From sequence record SRR16203515_2665: a stretch of DNA of 58,543 bases. One strand, 5' to 3'. The notes below the pieces were generated by a model that saw only the letters and a program-made list of their open reading frames with translations, was not told where the DNA came from and ran no database searches. Positions 1-10,895 of the stretch are shown here, one piece after another (positions within the stretch are counted from its first letter, which is position 1; each line of letters begins with the position of its first letter). A program made the position numbers and the translations under genes.

Positions 1-1
1 A

Positions 2-622
2 AAGATGGGCAAAAAGGTGATGTTTGCGTTCAATATTTCAGGCACGATTGAGCAGATGGCAGCCCGCCATGACATGGTCCACGAGTTGGGGGGCACCTGT
101 GTGATGGTCAGTTTGAATGCCGTCGGCCTTGCAGGGTTATTGTGGTTAAACAGCTATTCCAAACTGCCAATCCATGCCCATCGCAATGGTTGGGGCGCGT
201 TGTCGCGGGCCGAGATTTTGGGGTGGGAATACCCTGCGTGGTCGAAAATTTGGCGGCTTGCGGGTGCAGATCACCTGCATGTAAACGGCCTTCAAAACAA
301 ATTTAGCGAACCTGACGACAGCGTAGTACGCTCGGCCAAGTCGGTGCAAACCCCCCTCTCTGACAAACATCCACATATTGCAATGCCTGTTTTTTCATCG
401 GGTCAAACGGTGGTTCAAGTGGGCGATACCTTTGAGCGCGTGGGAAGTGCAGATTGCATCTATGCCGCAGGTGGCGGAATTTTGGCACACCCTGATGGCC
501 CCAAGGCCGGCGTGATTGCCCTGCGTCAGGCGTGGGACTGCGCGATCAGTGGTGCCGAGCGTGAACGCTTTGCTGAAACGCATCCTGAATTCAAAACAGC
601 GCTAAAAGCCTTTTCAAAATGA
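2..622 (+). CDS. RuBisCO-like protein (form IV), C-terminal part; OiaX/OiaT-like; truncated by left window edge
   Basis: RuBisCO barrel motifs HAHRNGWG, GADHLH, MPVFSSGQ, AGGGILAHPDG; frame open to the edge; adjacent DUF1537 kinase. Confidence 0.85.
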   Translation, partial: KMGKKVMFAFNISGTIEQMAARHDMVHELGGTCVMVSLNAVGLAGLLWLNSYSKLPIHAHRNGWGALSRAEILGWEYPAWSKIWRLAGADHLHVNGLQNKFSEPDDSVVRSAKSVQTPLSDKHPHIAMPVFSSGQTVVQVGDTFERVGSADCIYAAGGGILAHPDGPKAGVIALRQAWDCAISGAERERFAETHPEFKTALKAFSK

Positions 623-1719
623 GCATTGAACAAAAGACACCCCTTGTTGGATGGATCGGGGACGATTTCACAGGCTCTGCCGCAACGCTTGAGGTTATGG
701 CCTTTGCTGGGCTGCGCGCGATTTTGTTTGTCGATCTTCCGCGCCCCGAACAACTCTCTGAATTTACGGATGTGCAGGGGATCGGAATTGCCACCACATC
801 GCGCAGTCAAACACCCGAATGGATGGCCGAACATCTGCCCAAATATTTCGAATTTCTACGTGATCAAAAGGTATCGATCGCTCATTACAAAGTCTGTTCA
901 ACCCTGGACAGCGCACCCCATGTCGGGTCGATTGGGTGCGCCATTGATATCGCGCAAAATACGTATCACAGCCGTCATGTCCCTGTTTTAATCGCGGCCC
1001 CAAAAATGCGGCGTTATCAGGCGTTTGGCCATTTATTCGCCGCAGCTGGTTCGGATGTTGTGCGCATTGACGAACACCCAACCATGGCTCACCATCCCGT
1101 GACCCCCATTTCCGACAGCCACGTGGCGCGTCATTTGTCGCATCAAACACAACGACAATTTGCGACACTGTCTGTCGAGGATATTGAGGGCACGGCCCCA
1201 GAAACCTTCTTTTCCAACAAGGAGGCAGAAATCATTGCCTGTGACGCGATGTCAGAGGCGCATATGAGCGCGATTGGACAGGCCATTTGGTCAACCCAGC
1301 AAAACCCACAATTTGTCGTTGGATCACAGGGCATTGAATATGCCTTAATCAATCACTGGCGCGCACGTGGGTTCATTAATCATCAAAACGCAACCCCCAA
1401 GGCCCCTGCTGTGGAACAGCTAATTTGTGTTTCAGGTTCGCTTTCTCCACATACTGCAGAGCAAATCGAATATGCGCAAACTGTGGGTTTTAAGGGGATT
1501 TCAGTTGATGCCCGCAACCTGTTGGAAAATACCGAGGATGTTCTGCGTAAAACGCATCAAACCGCGCTGGGTGTTGTCGCAGACGGGCAAAGCCCATTGA
1601 TTTACACGGCCAAGGGTAAACCTGATTTGCATATGGGCCTGAGTATCTCTGAGAACGCCAAAATTGGTGCGTGTTTGGGCCAAGATTTCGCGATGTTCAC
1701 TTATGGTAAGGGGCTCTAA
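619..1719 (+). pseudogene. Four-carbon acid sugar kinase family (DUF1537, OiaK-like), C-terminally truncated near 1685
   Basis: Motifs GDDFTGS, YKVCSTLDS, HPTMAHHPVTP, VGSQG, SGSLS; ends soon after AKIGACLGQ with no C-terminal GGD/LKGG motifs; overlaps the antisense GntR ORF. Confidence 0.75.
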
Positions 1720-2298
1720 ACCCACGCTGCGCACAGCCTCGTGGTGGAATTCCTTCATCCACTCAAAGACACTTTTGGTCAGGGCCTCGAATATTGGATT
1801 GCCGCTAATCAATGCGATCTTTGTGTGAAACTTCTGATCCAGATCCAAAAAGGTGCGCCCGTCATTGGCGGCCTTAGATTGTTGATCAATTAGGGCACTA
1901 AGTTCTGTGATATCCTCGGGCGTGCGGTTCAATGCAGCGATGGTGCAGCTGGCCTCCTCTAAAACACTGCGGGCTTGCTTTAAATGGTCAAGCGAACCTT
2001 GCGAATGCAGTAGGGCGTGTTTCATCGTGACCGCCAGTTGATTTAACAGACCGTCCATTTTTGGTTCCGCAATCTTTGGGCGTTCCCCGTGGCGGATCGT
2101 GATCAATCCCATCAATTGCAATTGTTGCATGGCCTCGCGAATGGCCGGCCTTCCAACTCCATATTGCGCCATTAGTTCCCGCTCAGACGGGATTGGCGTT
2201 CCGGGTGTCATGCCAGAGCCTTGGATCAAATCAATCAGGCGATCACGCACTTCATCGGAGATTTTTCGGGGTGAAATGGAATCAGGTATAGTCATCAT
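1501..2298 (-). CDS. GntR/FadR-family regulator; native C-terminus apparently lost at about 1680, with read-through tail
   Basis: wHTH IPSERELMAQYGVGRPAIREA; FCD motifs DQKFHTKIA, SGNP, EHREIL; sequence after EHREILAQ is the antisense of the kinase gene. Confidence 0.85.
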   Translation of the reverse strand: MMTIPDSISPRKISDEVRDRLIDLIQGSGMTPGTPIPSERELMAQYGVGRPAIREAMQQLQLMGLITIRHGERPKIAEPKMDGLLNQLAVTMKHALLHSQGSLDHLKQARSVLEEASCTIAALNRTPEDITELSALIDQQSKAANDGRTFLDLDQKFHTKIALISGNPIFEALTKSVFEWMKEFHHEAVRSVGLEPLTISEHREILAQTRTNFGVLRDTQAHMQIRFTLGRVNQWALPVCDNTQRGLMRFTQNILGIFQQVAGIN

Positions 2299-2430
2299 AC
2301 CAGTTTAAGAAAGAAAATCAGATAGCGCTAGCAAAAAGCGGTTGCTATTGGGGGATTATCGGCATTCACTATCGGGTATATGCACGCTTGCATTTAGAAT
2401 TTGCCTTACCTTTCGTTTGCCGAGGACAGT

Positions 2431-3381
2431 ATGCTTTCTTCTGAACAAATCATTGCGTTTCGTCGGGATGGATATCTGGTTGTTGAGGATTTAATCAGCC
2501 CCGAGGTGCGACACGCCGTTGTGGCGGAATATGCCGATCTGATGGATCACCTTTATACTGAATGGCGACAACGTGATCAGGTTCCTGAACTGGCGCCTGA
2601 TGCGACGTTTTGGGATAAATTGGATGCGGCGGTTCAGGCCAAAATTGAATGGTATCAGCCTTTTGACATTTCCCTGCCCGCGGACGGCATTACCGCCGAA
2701 ACCCCAATGCATTTCGGGCCAGCGGTCTTTGATATGATCACAAGTAATCGCATTTTAAATACGGTTGAATGCCTGATCGGTTCCGAAATCACATCAAACC
2801 CCATTCAGCATGTTCGCATCAAACCGCCAGAGCGTGATGTTCAGCACAGGGAAACCCGTGCGCATATCGTGTCCACAGATTGGCATCAGGATCGGGCCGT
2901 AACATTAGAGGCGGCGGATGACACCGAAATGGTCACAGTCTGGTTGGCGATCACGGATACGACGGTTGAAAACGGATGTCTGCAGGTCAAGCCCGGCAGA
3001 ACAACAGACATGATCCCACATTGTGCGCTGACGCAGCTGGGCATCCAAGAGAAGTTTTTACCAAAACAGGACGCCGTGCCCGCACCCGTTAAGGCAGGGG
3101 GCGGTGTAATTTTTCACCCCCTGACACCTCATGCAAGTTTGCGAAACCTGTCGAATGAATATCGCTGGTCCTTTGATTTGCGCTATAACGTGACGGGGCA
3201 AAATACGGGGCGGGATCATTTTCCAGATTTTGTTGCACGTTCGCGCACAAATCCGTCCGCTGAACTGCGCGATTGGCAGGTTTGGAAAAACATGTGGGAA
3301 GCCACCCGCGCAGATATTGCGCAATCGGAACATATTAATCAACACGGACGATGGTCTGCGGATGGACCATATTGCGCATAA
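2431..3381 (+). CDS. Phytanoyl-CoA dioxygenase (PhyH) family Fe(II)/2OG enzyme
   Basis: FRRDGYLVV, WHQD (HxD), ENGCL, distal H in TPHAS, RWSFDLRY. Confidence 0.85.
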   Translation: MLSSEQIIAFRRDGYLVVEDLISPEVRHAVVAEYADLMDHLYTEWRQRDQVPELAPDATFWDKLDAAVQAKIEWYQPFDISLPADGITAETPMHFGPAVFDMITSNRILNTVECLIGSEITSNPIQHVRIKPPERDVQHRETRAHIVSTDWHQDRAVTLEAADDTEMVTVWLAITDTTVENGCLQVKPGRTTDMIPHCALTQLGIQEKFLPKQDAVPAPVKAGGGVIFHPLTPHASLRNLSNEYRWSFDLRYNVTGQNTGRDHFPDFVARSRTNPSAELRDWQVWKNMWEATRADIAQSEHINQHGRWSADGPYCA

Positions 3382-3392
3382 CAGGAATAGAC

Positions 3393-4903
3393 ATGGATAA
3401 AATCGTCAGACTTCGGGCTGAGGACAACGTGGTAGTTGCCAACCGTACACTAGAGGCGGGGTACGACATTGGGGGCATAGTGCTGCGAGACGCCATTCCA
3501 GCAGGGCATAAAATCGCGTCATCTGACATTTCGGCAGGTGCACGCATTTTGAAATATGGACAGACCATCGGCTACGCCATGTCTGACATCCCTTCTGGCA
3601 CGCATTTGCATACGCATAATGTGGAATTTCGCGCAACGGATGCTGCCTACCAATTCGGCACAAATTTGCGTGATGTGGCACCTGTTCCCGAGCAGGAGCG
3701 CGATACATTTATGGGATATCGTCGCGAAAATGGCAGCGTGGGAACGCGCAACTACATTGCCATTGTCACATCCGTAAATTGTTCTGCCACGGCTGCGCGG
3801 CGCATTGCGGACAGTTTTGGGGAAGAGGAGTTGTCCCAATATCCCAACGTTGATGGTGTTGTGGCATTCGTGCATGGCACAGGGTGCGGCATGGCAGGCG
3901 ATGGTGAAGGGTTTGAGGCGCTGCAACGTGTCATGTGGGGGTACGCCAAACATCCAAATCACGGCGGTGTCGTGATGGTTGGTTTGGGCTGTGAAATGAA
4001 CCAAATTGACTGGCTGCTGGATGCCTATGGATTGAAACAATCCCCAACCTTTCAAACTATGAATATTCAATCGGTTGCGGGGTTGCAGAAAACGATTGAA
4101 ATGGGTGTGAAAAAGGTACGCGAGATGCTGCCCATCGTGAATGCCGCGCGGCGCATGCCTTGTCCTGCGTCTGAATTAAAGGTGGCGCTGCAATGTGGCG
4201 GATCGGATGCATGGTCGGGGATCACCGCCAATCCTGCATTGGGCGAGGCTTGTGATTTGCTTGTGGCCCAAGGGGGCACAGGGGTTTTGGCCGAAACGCC
4301 CGAAATCTATGGCGCCGAACATCTGCTGACAGAACGCGCGATTGATCGCGCAACGGGGGATCGCCTCATCGGGTTGATCAACTGGTGGGAGGATTACACC
4401 GCACGAAACCGTGGATCGATGGACAACAACCCCAGCCCTGGAAACAAAAAAGGGGGGCTGACCACCATCCTTGAAAAATCATTGGGGGCGGCGGCCAAGG
4501 GGGGAACAACCCCTCTGACAGGCGTTTATAAATACGCCAACCCGTGCGCGCACGTGGGTTCACATTTATGGACAGCCCTGGGTATGATCCCGCCTCGGTC
4601 ACGGGACAGATCGCGGGGGGCTGTAACCTTGTGTGTTTCACCACGGGTCGCGGATCGGCCTTTGGTTCAAAGCCCGCGCCAACCATCAAACTATCCACCA
4701 ACACGGCGATGTACGAACGCATGGTGGATGACATGGATATCAATTGTGGGGACATCATTACAGGTGGTGCAACAATCCAATCAAAGGGCCGCGAGATTTA
4801 TGATTTGTTCCTGCGCGTCGCCTCGGGTGAGGCGTCAAAATCCGAAGCACAGGGTTTGGGTGATTATGAATTTGTGCCATGGCAAATTGGGGCGGTGATG
4901 TGA
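3393..4903 (+). pseudogene. UxaA/GarD family dehydratase with SAF domain, split by a 1-nt frameshift at about 4538
   Basis: GTRNYI, HGTGCG, LQCGGSD, NNPSPGNKKGGLTTILEKSLG in one frame; FMDSPGYD, FTTGRGS continue in another frame (ORF 4544..4903). Confidence 0.85.
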
Positions 4904-5904
4904 TGGTAAAACTTCTTCTTGCTGGAACGGGACTGATTGGTGAACGCCATCTAAATCATATTTTGGAACACCCTGATTTGACGCTTGCGGGCATAATTGA
5001 CCCAGTGGTCGAAAATCGCACCGTCGCCCATGCGCCGGGTTTTTCCACGTTGGACGATGTGGATGTCGCGGCAGATGGGATCATATTGGCAACCCCCACT
5101 GATACTCACGCGCCCCTAACCATTGCGGCACTGGAACGGGGGTTGCATGTACTGGTTGAAAAACCCGTGGCTGCGTCCTTGGCTGAAGCGGATGAGATGA
5201 TCGCCGCATCAAAGCGCACAGGGAAAAAGATATTGGTGGGGCACCATCGCCGCCATCATCCCTTGGTCAGCAAAACGGTTGAAATCCTATCCTCGGGTCA
5301 GATTGGCCGTCCCTTGGTGGCCTCGCTTTTGTGGTGCATGAAAAAACCGGATGATTATTTCAATGTGGACTGGCGCAAAGGTGTGGATGGCGGACCCGTC
5401 AAACAAAACCTGATCCACGACGTTGATACACTGCGCGCCTTTTTTGGCGAGGTGACATCCGTCACTGGTGCAGGCAGCAATGTGATGCGCAATGCCCCGC
5501 GCCACGAAAACGGCGGCGTGGTTTTAACATTTGACAGTGGGGCGATTGTCACAATCGCCTTTTCGGATGTCACGCCAACCCCATGGGGATTTGAGGCCGG
5601 CACAGGAGAAAGCCCGCATATCCCAAAAACGGCACAAACCTCGATGCAGATCGCCTGTTCAAACGGGGGATTGGAATTTCCGACATTAAATGTTTGGAGT
5701 GGGGCCGCGCATTGGAATGAAAAGCCCGAGATGCAGCCCACAGATGTCGATCAGGCTGTACCGTTGATCAAACAGTTAGAGCATTTCGCACAGGTGATCC
5801 AATGCAAAGCAGAGCCCGTAGTTGATGCCGCATCCGCGCGTGAAACGTTGGCTGTCATTTTGGAAATCGAACGCGCCACTGCGCCACCCTCGCTCAGATT
5901 ATAA
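4903..5904 (+). CDS. Gfo/Idh/MocA family oxidoreductase
   Basis: GTGLIG, HVLVEKP, GHHRRH, NLIHDVD. Confidence 0.9.
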   Translation: MVKLLLAGTGLIGERHLNHILEHPDLTLAGIIDPVVENRTVAHAPGFSTLDDVDVAADGIILATPTDTHAPLTIAALERGLHVLVEKPVAASLAEADEMIAASKRTGKKILVGHHRRHHPLVSKTVEILSSGQIGRPLVASLLWCMKKPDDYFNVDWRKGVDGGPVKQNLIHDVDTLRAFFGEVTSVTGAGSNVMRNAPRHENGGVVLTFDSGAIVTIAFSDVTPTPWGFEAGTGESPHIPKTAQTSMQIACSNGGLEFPTLNVWSGAAHWNEKPEMQPTDVDQAVPLIKQLEHFAQVIQCKAEPVVDAASARETLAVILEIERATAPPSLRL

Positions 5905-5914
5905 CGGTGCAAAG

Positions 5915-6820
5915 ATGACCCAAGCCCCCGCAACATTGATCCAATCACAGGCCCGCACTGGAATTGTTCTGATGATTGCCGCATGGGGCACGTTTTCTGT
6001 CATAGACACTTCGGCCAAGTTTTTGGTGATGGCGGCGATCCCTGCGGTTCAGGTCGCCTTTATGCGCTATGCGGTGCAATTTTTGTTTACGGTGATCGAG
6101 GGATCGCGCGATGGCATATCGGTCATCCGCACGCTTAATCGCACGACACTGACGCTGTTGATTTTGCGTGGATTGATCTTGGTGGTCTCGACGTTTTTTA
6201 ATTTTATCGCCGTCAAATATCTATCGCTCACGATGACCGCGGCAATAATGTTTTCCTCCCCGATCTATGTCGCCCTGCTTTCCATCCTATTTTTGGGAGA
6301 GCGCGTTGGCATTTGGCGGTGGAGTGCAATCATCGTGGGATTTATCGGCGTTTTAATCATCGTGCGCCCTTTTAATGAGGATTTTCATTGGGCCGCGCTC
6401 TTGTCGCTTCATAATGCGGTTGCTGTCGCTGTGTTTTCGATGATCACACGGCGCTTGGCGGGCACGGTAAATGCACAGGTCATGCAGTTTTTCGCAGGCG
6501 GTTTGGGCATGTTGGCACTGCTGCCTTTTGCGATTTATGCCTGGCGCATGCCGACCGAAACCATCGGTTGGGTGTTGTTGTTCGTCATGGGGGGCGCCGC
6601 ATGGTTGGGGCATAACATGTTCTCACGTGCGCATGTATATGCCAGTGCCAGTACGCTTATGCCATTTTCCTACTCATTCATAATATTTATGGCGCTTTCT
6701 TCAACCATATTTTTCGCCACTCGCCCAGATATTTGGGTCTATGTTGGGGCGGCATTGGTTGCAGGATCGGGCCTAATCATTTGGTGGCGCGAAAAACAAA
6801 ATAATCCACGGGACACGTAG
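5915..6820 (+). CDS. DMT/EamA family transporter
   Basis: About 10 hydrophobic segments; LGERVG..RW..GFIGV..IVRP. Confidence 0.85.
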   Translation: MTQAPATLIQSQARTGIVLMIAAWGTFSVIDTSAKFLVMAAIPAVQVAFMRYAVQFLFTVIEGSRDGISVIRTLNRTTLTLLILRGLILVVSTFFNFIAVKYLSLTMTAAIMFSSPIYVALLSILFLGERVGIWRWSAIIVGFIGVLIIVRPFNEDFHWAALLSLHNAVAVAVFSMITRRLAGTVNAQVMQFFAGGLGMLALLPFAIYAWRMPTETIGWVLLFVMGGAAWLGHNMFSRAHVYASASTLMPFSYSFIIFMALSSTIFFATRPDIWVYVGAALVAGSGLIIWWREKQNNPRDT

Positions 6821-6833
6821 AAGGATAACCAAG

Positions 6834-7574
6834 ATGAATTCATATGATTTTGACGATCAAGTCGCCGTTATCACAGGGGGGGCACAGGGCATTGGGTATG
6901 CAGTTGCCAAGCGGATGATTGAAAATGGCGCCAAGGTTGTCATTTGGGATTTCGACACGGAGCTGGCCCATGCCAGCGCGTCCGAGTTGGGCGCAACTGC
7001 GCTTCATTGTGATGTCAGCGATTGGGATAGTGTTCAGGCCGCAGCACAGCAAACAGAAAATCAATTTGGTCGCATTGATGTTTTGGTCAACTCTGCCGGT
7101 GTGGCAGGGGCCAATGCCGTGGTCGAGGAGTATCCGATTGAGGAATGGAATAAAATCATGTCCGTCAATCTGAACGGAACCTTTCACACAAATCGTGCTG
7201 TCATTGCGGGGATGAAACATCGCGGATATGGGCGAATTGTGAACATTGCATCGATTGCAGGAAAAGAGGGCAATCCAAACGCGAGCGCCTATTCCGCATC
7301 CAAGGCGGGGGTGATCGCACTAACAAAATCATTGGGCAAAGAGACGGCAGATTTCAACATCGGTGTAAATTGCGTCACGCCCGCGGCGGCCCGAACGGCG
7401 ATCTTTGATCAGATGTCAGAGGAACATATCAACTACATGCTGTCAAAAATTCCGCGTAACCGATTTGTTGATGTGGCCGAGGTTGCCAACATGATCTGTT
7501 GGATCGCAAGTGCCGAAAACGCATTCACAACTGGGGCTGTGTTTGACCTGTCAGGTGGACGCGCAACGTATTAA
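6834..7574 (+). CDS. SDR family oxidoreductase
   Basis: TGGAQGIG, NSAG, YSASK. Confidence 0.92.
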   Translation: MNSYDFDDQVAVITGGAQGIGYAVAKRMIENGAKVVIWDFDTELAHASASELGATALHCDVSDWDSVQAAAQQTENQFGRIDVLVNSAGVAGANAVVEEYPIEEWNKIMSVNLNGTFHTNRAVIAGMKHRGYGRIVNIASIAGKEGNPNASAYSASKAGVIALTKSLGKETADFNIGVNCVTPAAARTAIFDQMSEEHINYMLSKIPRNRFVDVAEVANMICWIASAENAFTTGAVFDLSGGRATY

Positions 7575-7589
7575 ATTAGGGAGGCTCGC

Positions 7590-8480
7590 ATGAAGCATAT
7601 TGGTGTGATCGGACTGGGGGATATGGGCAGTGGTCTGGCCAAGAACCTGATGGTAAATGGATTTTCCGTCTTTGGTCTGGATCTCAAGCCCGAACGACAG
7701 GTAGCATTTACCGATACGGGCGGCACGTTGGTGGACGATGCCGCAGAATTGGGGCGTCGGGTTGATGCGGCCTTTGTGATGGTGATGAACGGGGATCAGG
7801 CAAAATCGGTGATCTTGGGCCCGGATGGTTTGGTCGACAATATGGAGCAGGGTGGTGTTGTGATCCTAAGCGCGACAATCAAACCACATGAGGCCGTTGA
7901 AATTGGCGCGGCCATGCAGGGCAGTGGCATTGACTTTATCGACACGCCCGTATCGGGCGGGTTTCCAGGGGCGCAGGGCGGCACGCTGACCATGATGGCG
8001 GCTGCCCCAGATGTTGTTATGGCGCGCGCCCGTCCTGTGTTAGAGGCGGTCTCGGCCTCGATCCACCACGTAGGAACCAAGGCAGGGGATGGACAAACGG
8101 TTAAGGCCTGTTTGCAATCTCTGATCGGGTCGGTGTTTTCCGCCACGTTTGAGGCCGCCGCGTTAGCCGCCAAGGCAGGGGTAAGTGGTGATGTGCTATA
8201 TAATGTATTCTCAACCTCTGGGGCGGGCAGTGGGATTGTGAACAACGCTCTTCAAAAAATCATTGATCGCGAATTCGAAGGGACGGGCAGCCATATCAAT
8301 ACGATGCACAAAGACCTGACCATTTCCTTGAACTTGGCCGAAAATCTGGGTGTTCCCATGCACACAGCTGCTGCTGCGATGCAGATATTTCACGCAGGGC
8401 GCAGCAAATATCCCAACGGTGACAACTGGGTCTGCACCCGCGTGATCGAAGACATCATTGGCGCTGAACTGCATCGATAG
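7590..8480 (+). CDS. NAD(P)-dependent beta-hydroxyacid dehydrogenase (LtnD-like)
   Basis: GLGDMG, DTPVSGG, GTLTMM, KDL. Confidence 0.85.
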   Translation: MKHIGVIGLGDMGSGLAKNLMVNGFSVFGLDLKPERQVAFTDTGGTLVDDAAELGRRVDAAFVMVMNGDQAKSVILGPDGLVDNMEQGGVVILSATIKPHEAVEIGAAMQGSGIDFIDTPVSGGFPGAQGGTLTMMAAAPDVVMARARPVLEAVSASIHHVGTKAGDGQTVKACLQSLIGSVFSATFEAAALAAKAGVSGDVLYNVFSTSGAGSGIVNNALQKIIDREFEGTGSHINTMHKDLTISLNLAENLGVPMHTAAAAMQIFHAGRSKYPNGDNWVCTRVIEDIIGAELHR

Positions 8481-8492
8481 GAGGAAGGGCGC

Positions 8493-9368
8493 ATGAAACT
8501 GGGTGTAATTTGTGATGGGATCAGTCGGGATCTGGAACATACTGTTTCGGTCATGAATGAATTTGATCTGACCTATGCTGAACTGCAATTTGTGTGGGAT
8601 CACGAAGTTGGGGATCACAGCGCCGAAGAAATCAAAAAGATTAATCAAATTTGTCGGGACAACGGCAAGCCTGTCAGTTGTCTATCGCGCCACATTTTTG
8701 CGGGGATGAGTACCGAAAATCGCCCCGGTGATGCGCTTCATCAAAAACATATGGATGCGCTAAAACGTGTGGTTGATATGGCTCATGTGGTGGGGTCGCC
8801 ATTGGTGCGGATCATGACTCAGAAAAAGGAACAAATTTTGTGGGGGCATAATGGCGCCGAACAGTGGAATGTTGCCAAGGGGGCGTGGGATACGACGCCC
8901 CCCATGATAGCCCCCGCCGTGGATTTTGCGCGTCAGGCGGGCGTGATCTTGGTCGTGGAAACGGGCAATGGGACCATGGTGAATTCCAATTACACCGCCC
9001 GCAAACTGATTGATGAGCTGGATGCCAAAGATACGCTCAAGGTGTTGTGGGACCCAGCCAATAATTGTTGGTGTCATGAATTGGCCTATCCTGACGGTTA
9101 TGATACTGTGCGTGACGGGTACTTGGGCCATATTCATATCAAGGACGTATTGGTGGACACACCCCGCGCTACATTAACTGTCAAGAAAATGGGAGAGGGA
9201 CAATTGGCACCGCTTTTTGCGCCCCTTGCCGATGCGCTACGGCGTGATAGCTATGACGGAGTGATTTCCTTTGAAAGTGTTTATCACCCTGGAAACGGTA
9301 ATTTTGAGGATGGATTTCGACAATCCATCGGTCTGTTCAAAGATTTATTTGGAGATAACCTAGAATGA
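8493..9368 (+). CDS. Sugar phosphate isomerase/epimerase (xylose-isomerase-like TIM barrel)
   Basis: Metal ligands VVET, WDPAN, HIHIKD, ISFE. Confidence 0.85.
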   Translation: MKLGVICDGISRDLEHTVSVMNEFDLTYAELQFVWDHEVGDHSAEEIKKINQICRDNGKPVSCLSRHIFAGMSTENRPGDALHQKHMDALKRVVDMAHVVGSPLVRIMTQKKEQILWGHNGAEQWNVAKGAWDTTPPMIAPAVDFARQAGVILVVETGNGTMVNSNYTARKLIDELDAKDTLKVLWDPANNCWCHELAYPDGYDTVRDGYLGHIHIKDVLVDTPRATLTVKKMGEGQLAPLFAPLADALRRDSYDGVISFESVYHPGNGNFEDGFRQSIGLFKDLFGDNLE

Positions 9369-10285
9369 GCGACAAAGATGTAATTGGATTTATTGGTGTT
9401 GGTTACATGGGGCATGGGATGGCCCATAACATCATGAAGGGGGGCTATCCTCTTGTTATAAAGGGAAATAAAAACCGTGTTCCCGTTGATGATCTGGTAA
9501 ATTCAGGGGCGCGTGAGGCGCAGGATTTGGCAGACTTGGTTGCACAATGTGATGTCATTCATATGTGTCTTTCGAATTCTCACCAAGTGGAAAATATTAT
9601 TTTCGGCGCAGGTGGTATCTTGGAAAACGCGAAAGACGGATTGATCGTGATTGATTGCACCACGGCTGATCCAACATCAACCACGCGCATCGCCGATGCC
9701 ATGGCTGACAAGGGAATGCATTTTGTCGATGCCCCCTTGGGTCGCACCCCGAAAGAGGCCGCAGAAGGCGCTTTGGATGCGATGATCGGGGCCGGTGATG
9801 AGTTATTTGAACGGATTAAGCCGATTGTTGAATGCTGGTCTGGCAATATCATCCATGTGGGTCCCGTTGGCGCGGGGCATAAAATGAAATTGATCATGAA
9901 TTTCATTGCGATGAGCTATGCATCCCTATATTCCGAGGCGACAGTTTTGGCCGCGAAATCAGGGCTTTCGCCGCAAAAGGTGAATGAGGTGATCGGATCA
10001 AGCCGTCTGTCAAACGGGTTCTTCGATACCTTTATGAAATATTTGGTCGGCGGTGATCCGAACGCGCATAAGTTTTCGTTGGAAAATGGGGCCAAAGATA
10101 TCGGTTACGTCGCCAATATGGCTCATGATGCGCAGATGATGAACCTAATGGGAGCTGCGGCGAAAAACTATTTCACCCATGCGATTGCCATGGCCAACGG
10201 AGATAATTATGTGCCCACATTGGTGGATATGATAGGTGTGATGAACGGCATCAATATTCAGGAAGAAGTGGAAAAGGGGCGCTGA
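9365..10285 (+). CDS. 3-hydroxyisobutyrate dehydrogenase family oxidoreductase
   Basis: GFIGVGYMG, DAPLGRTP, GAGHKMKLIMN. Confidence 0.88.
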   Translation: MSDKDVIGFIGVGYMGHGMAHNIMKGGYPLVIKGNKNRVPVDDLVNSGAREAQDLADLVAQCDVIHMCLSNSHQVENIIFGAGGILENAKDGLIVIDCTTADPTSTTRIADAMADKGMHFVDAPLGRTPKEAAEGALDAMIGAGDELFERIKPIVECWSGNIIHVGPVGAGHKMKLIMNFIAMSYASLYSEATVLAAKSGLSPQKVNEVIGSSRLSNGFFDTFMKYLVGGDPNAHKFSLENGAKDIGYVANMAHDAQMMNLMGAAAKNYFTHAIAMANGDNYVPTLVDMIGVMNGINIQEEVEKGR

Positions 10286-10292
10286 TGCCCCT

Positions 10293-10895
10293 TTATCCCG
10301 CACGCCCTTGGGAAAATGCAGCGGCCAAAAAGACCACCATCAACATCGAAAGCGCCATTAAAATGTTGATGGTGCGTTGCGTGCGCTGACTTAGATTCAA
10401 TTCATGCAAGAGGGTGCCCGCATAAAGCCATCCAAGATGCAAGGGTATCCAAATCGCATTTGTGATCAATATCTTAAGAATGATTTCTAATGTCAAATTA
10501 TCGGGCATAAACCCAAACCCAGTGATGAGGGACGTGTTCACAACATAGGCTTTGGGATTGATTGCCTGCAACAACACGCCGCCCATGATGCCCGGTGGTG
10601 ATTTCGCCTCGATAAAGGCGATTTTTGCGCCTGCAAATGCGATCCGCGCCGCCAAGTAGATCAGATAACTCATTGATAAGGTTAAAAGAACGATCCGCAG
10701 GGTCGGCATTGATAAAATGACCGCGGCAAATCCTGTGATCACGGCCAACATGACCATGTTTGTTCCTAAAAATAGCCCAAAAACATATCGCAACGACGGT
10801 TTGAACCCATAGGCCGCCCCAAATCCAGCTGTTGTCAAAACACCTGGGCCCGGTGTGATGATCAAAAACAAAACAGCAAGTGCGAAAACGATCAT
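10293..10895 (-). CDS. LysE/RhtB family translocator
   Basis: ITPGPG, YLIYLA, NPKAY. Confidence 0.9.
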   Translation of the reverse strand: MIVFALAVLFLIITPGPGVLTTAGFGAAYGFKPSLRYVFGLFLGTNMVMLAVITGFAAVILSMPTLRIVLLTLSMSYLIYLAARIAFAGAKIAFIEAKSPPGIMGGVLLQAINPKAYVVNTSLITGFGFMPDNLTLEIILKILITNAIWIPLHLGWLYAGTLLHELNLSQRTQRTINILMALSMLMVVFLAAAFSQGRAG

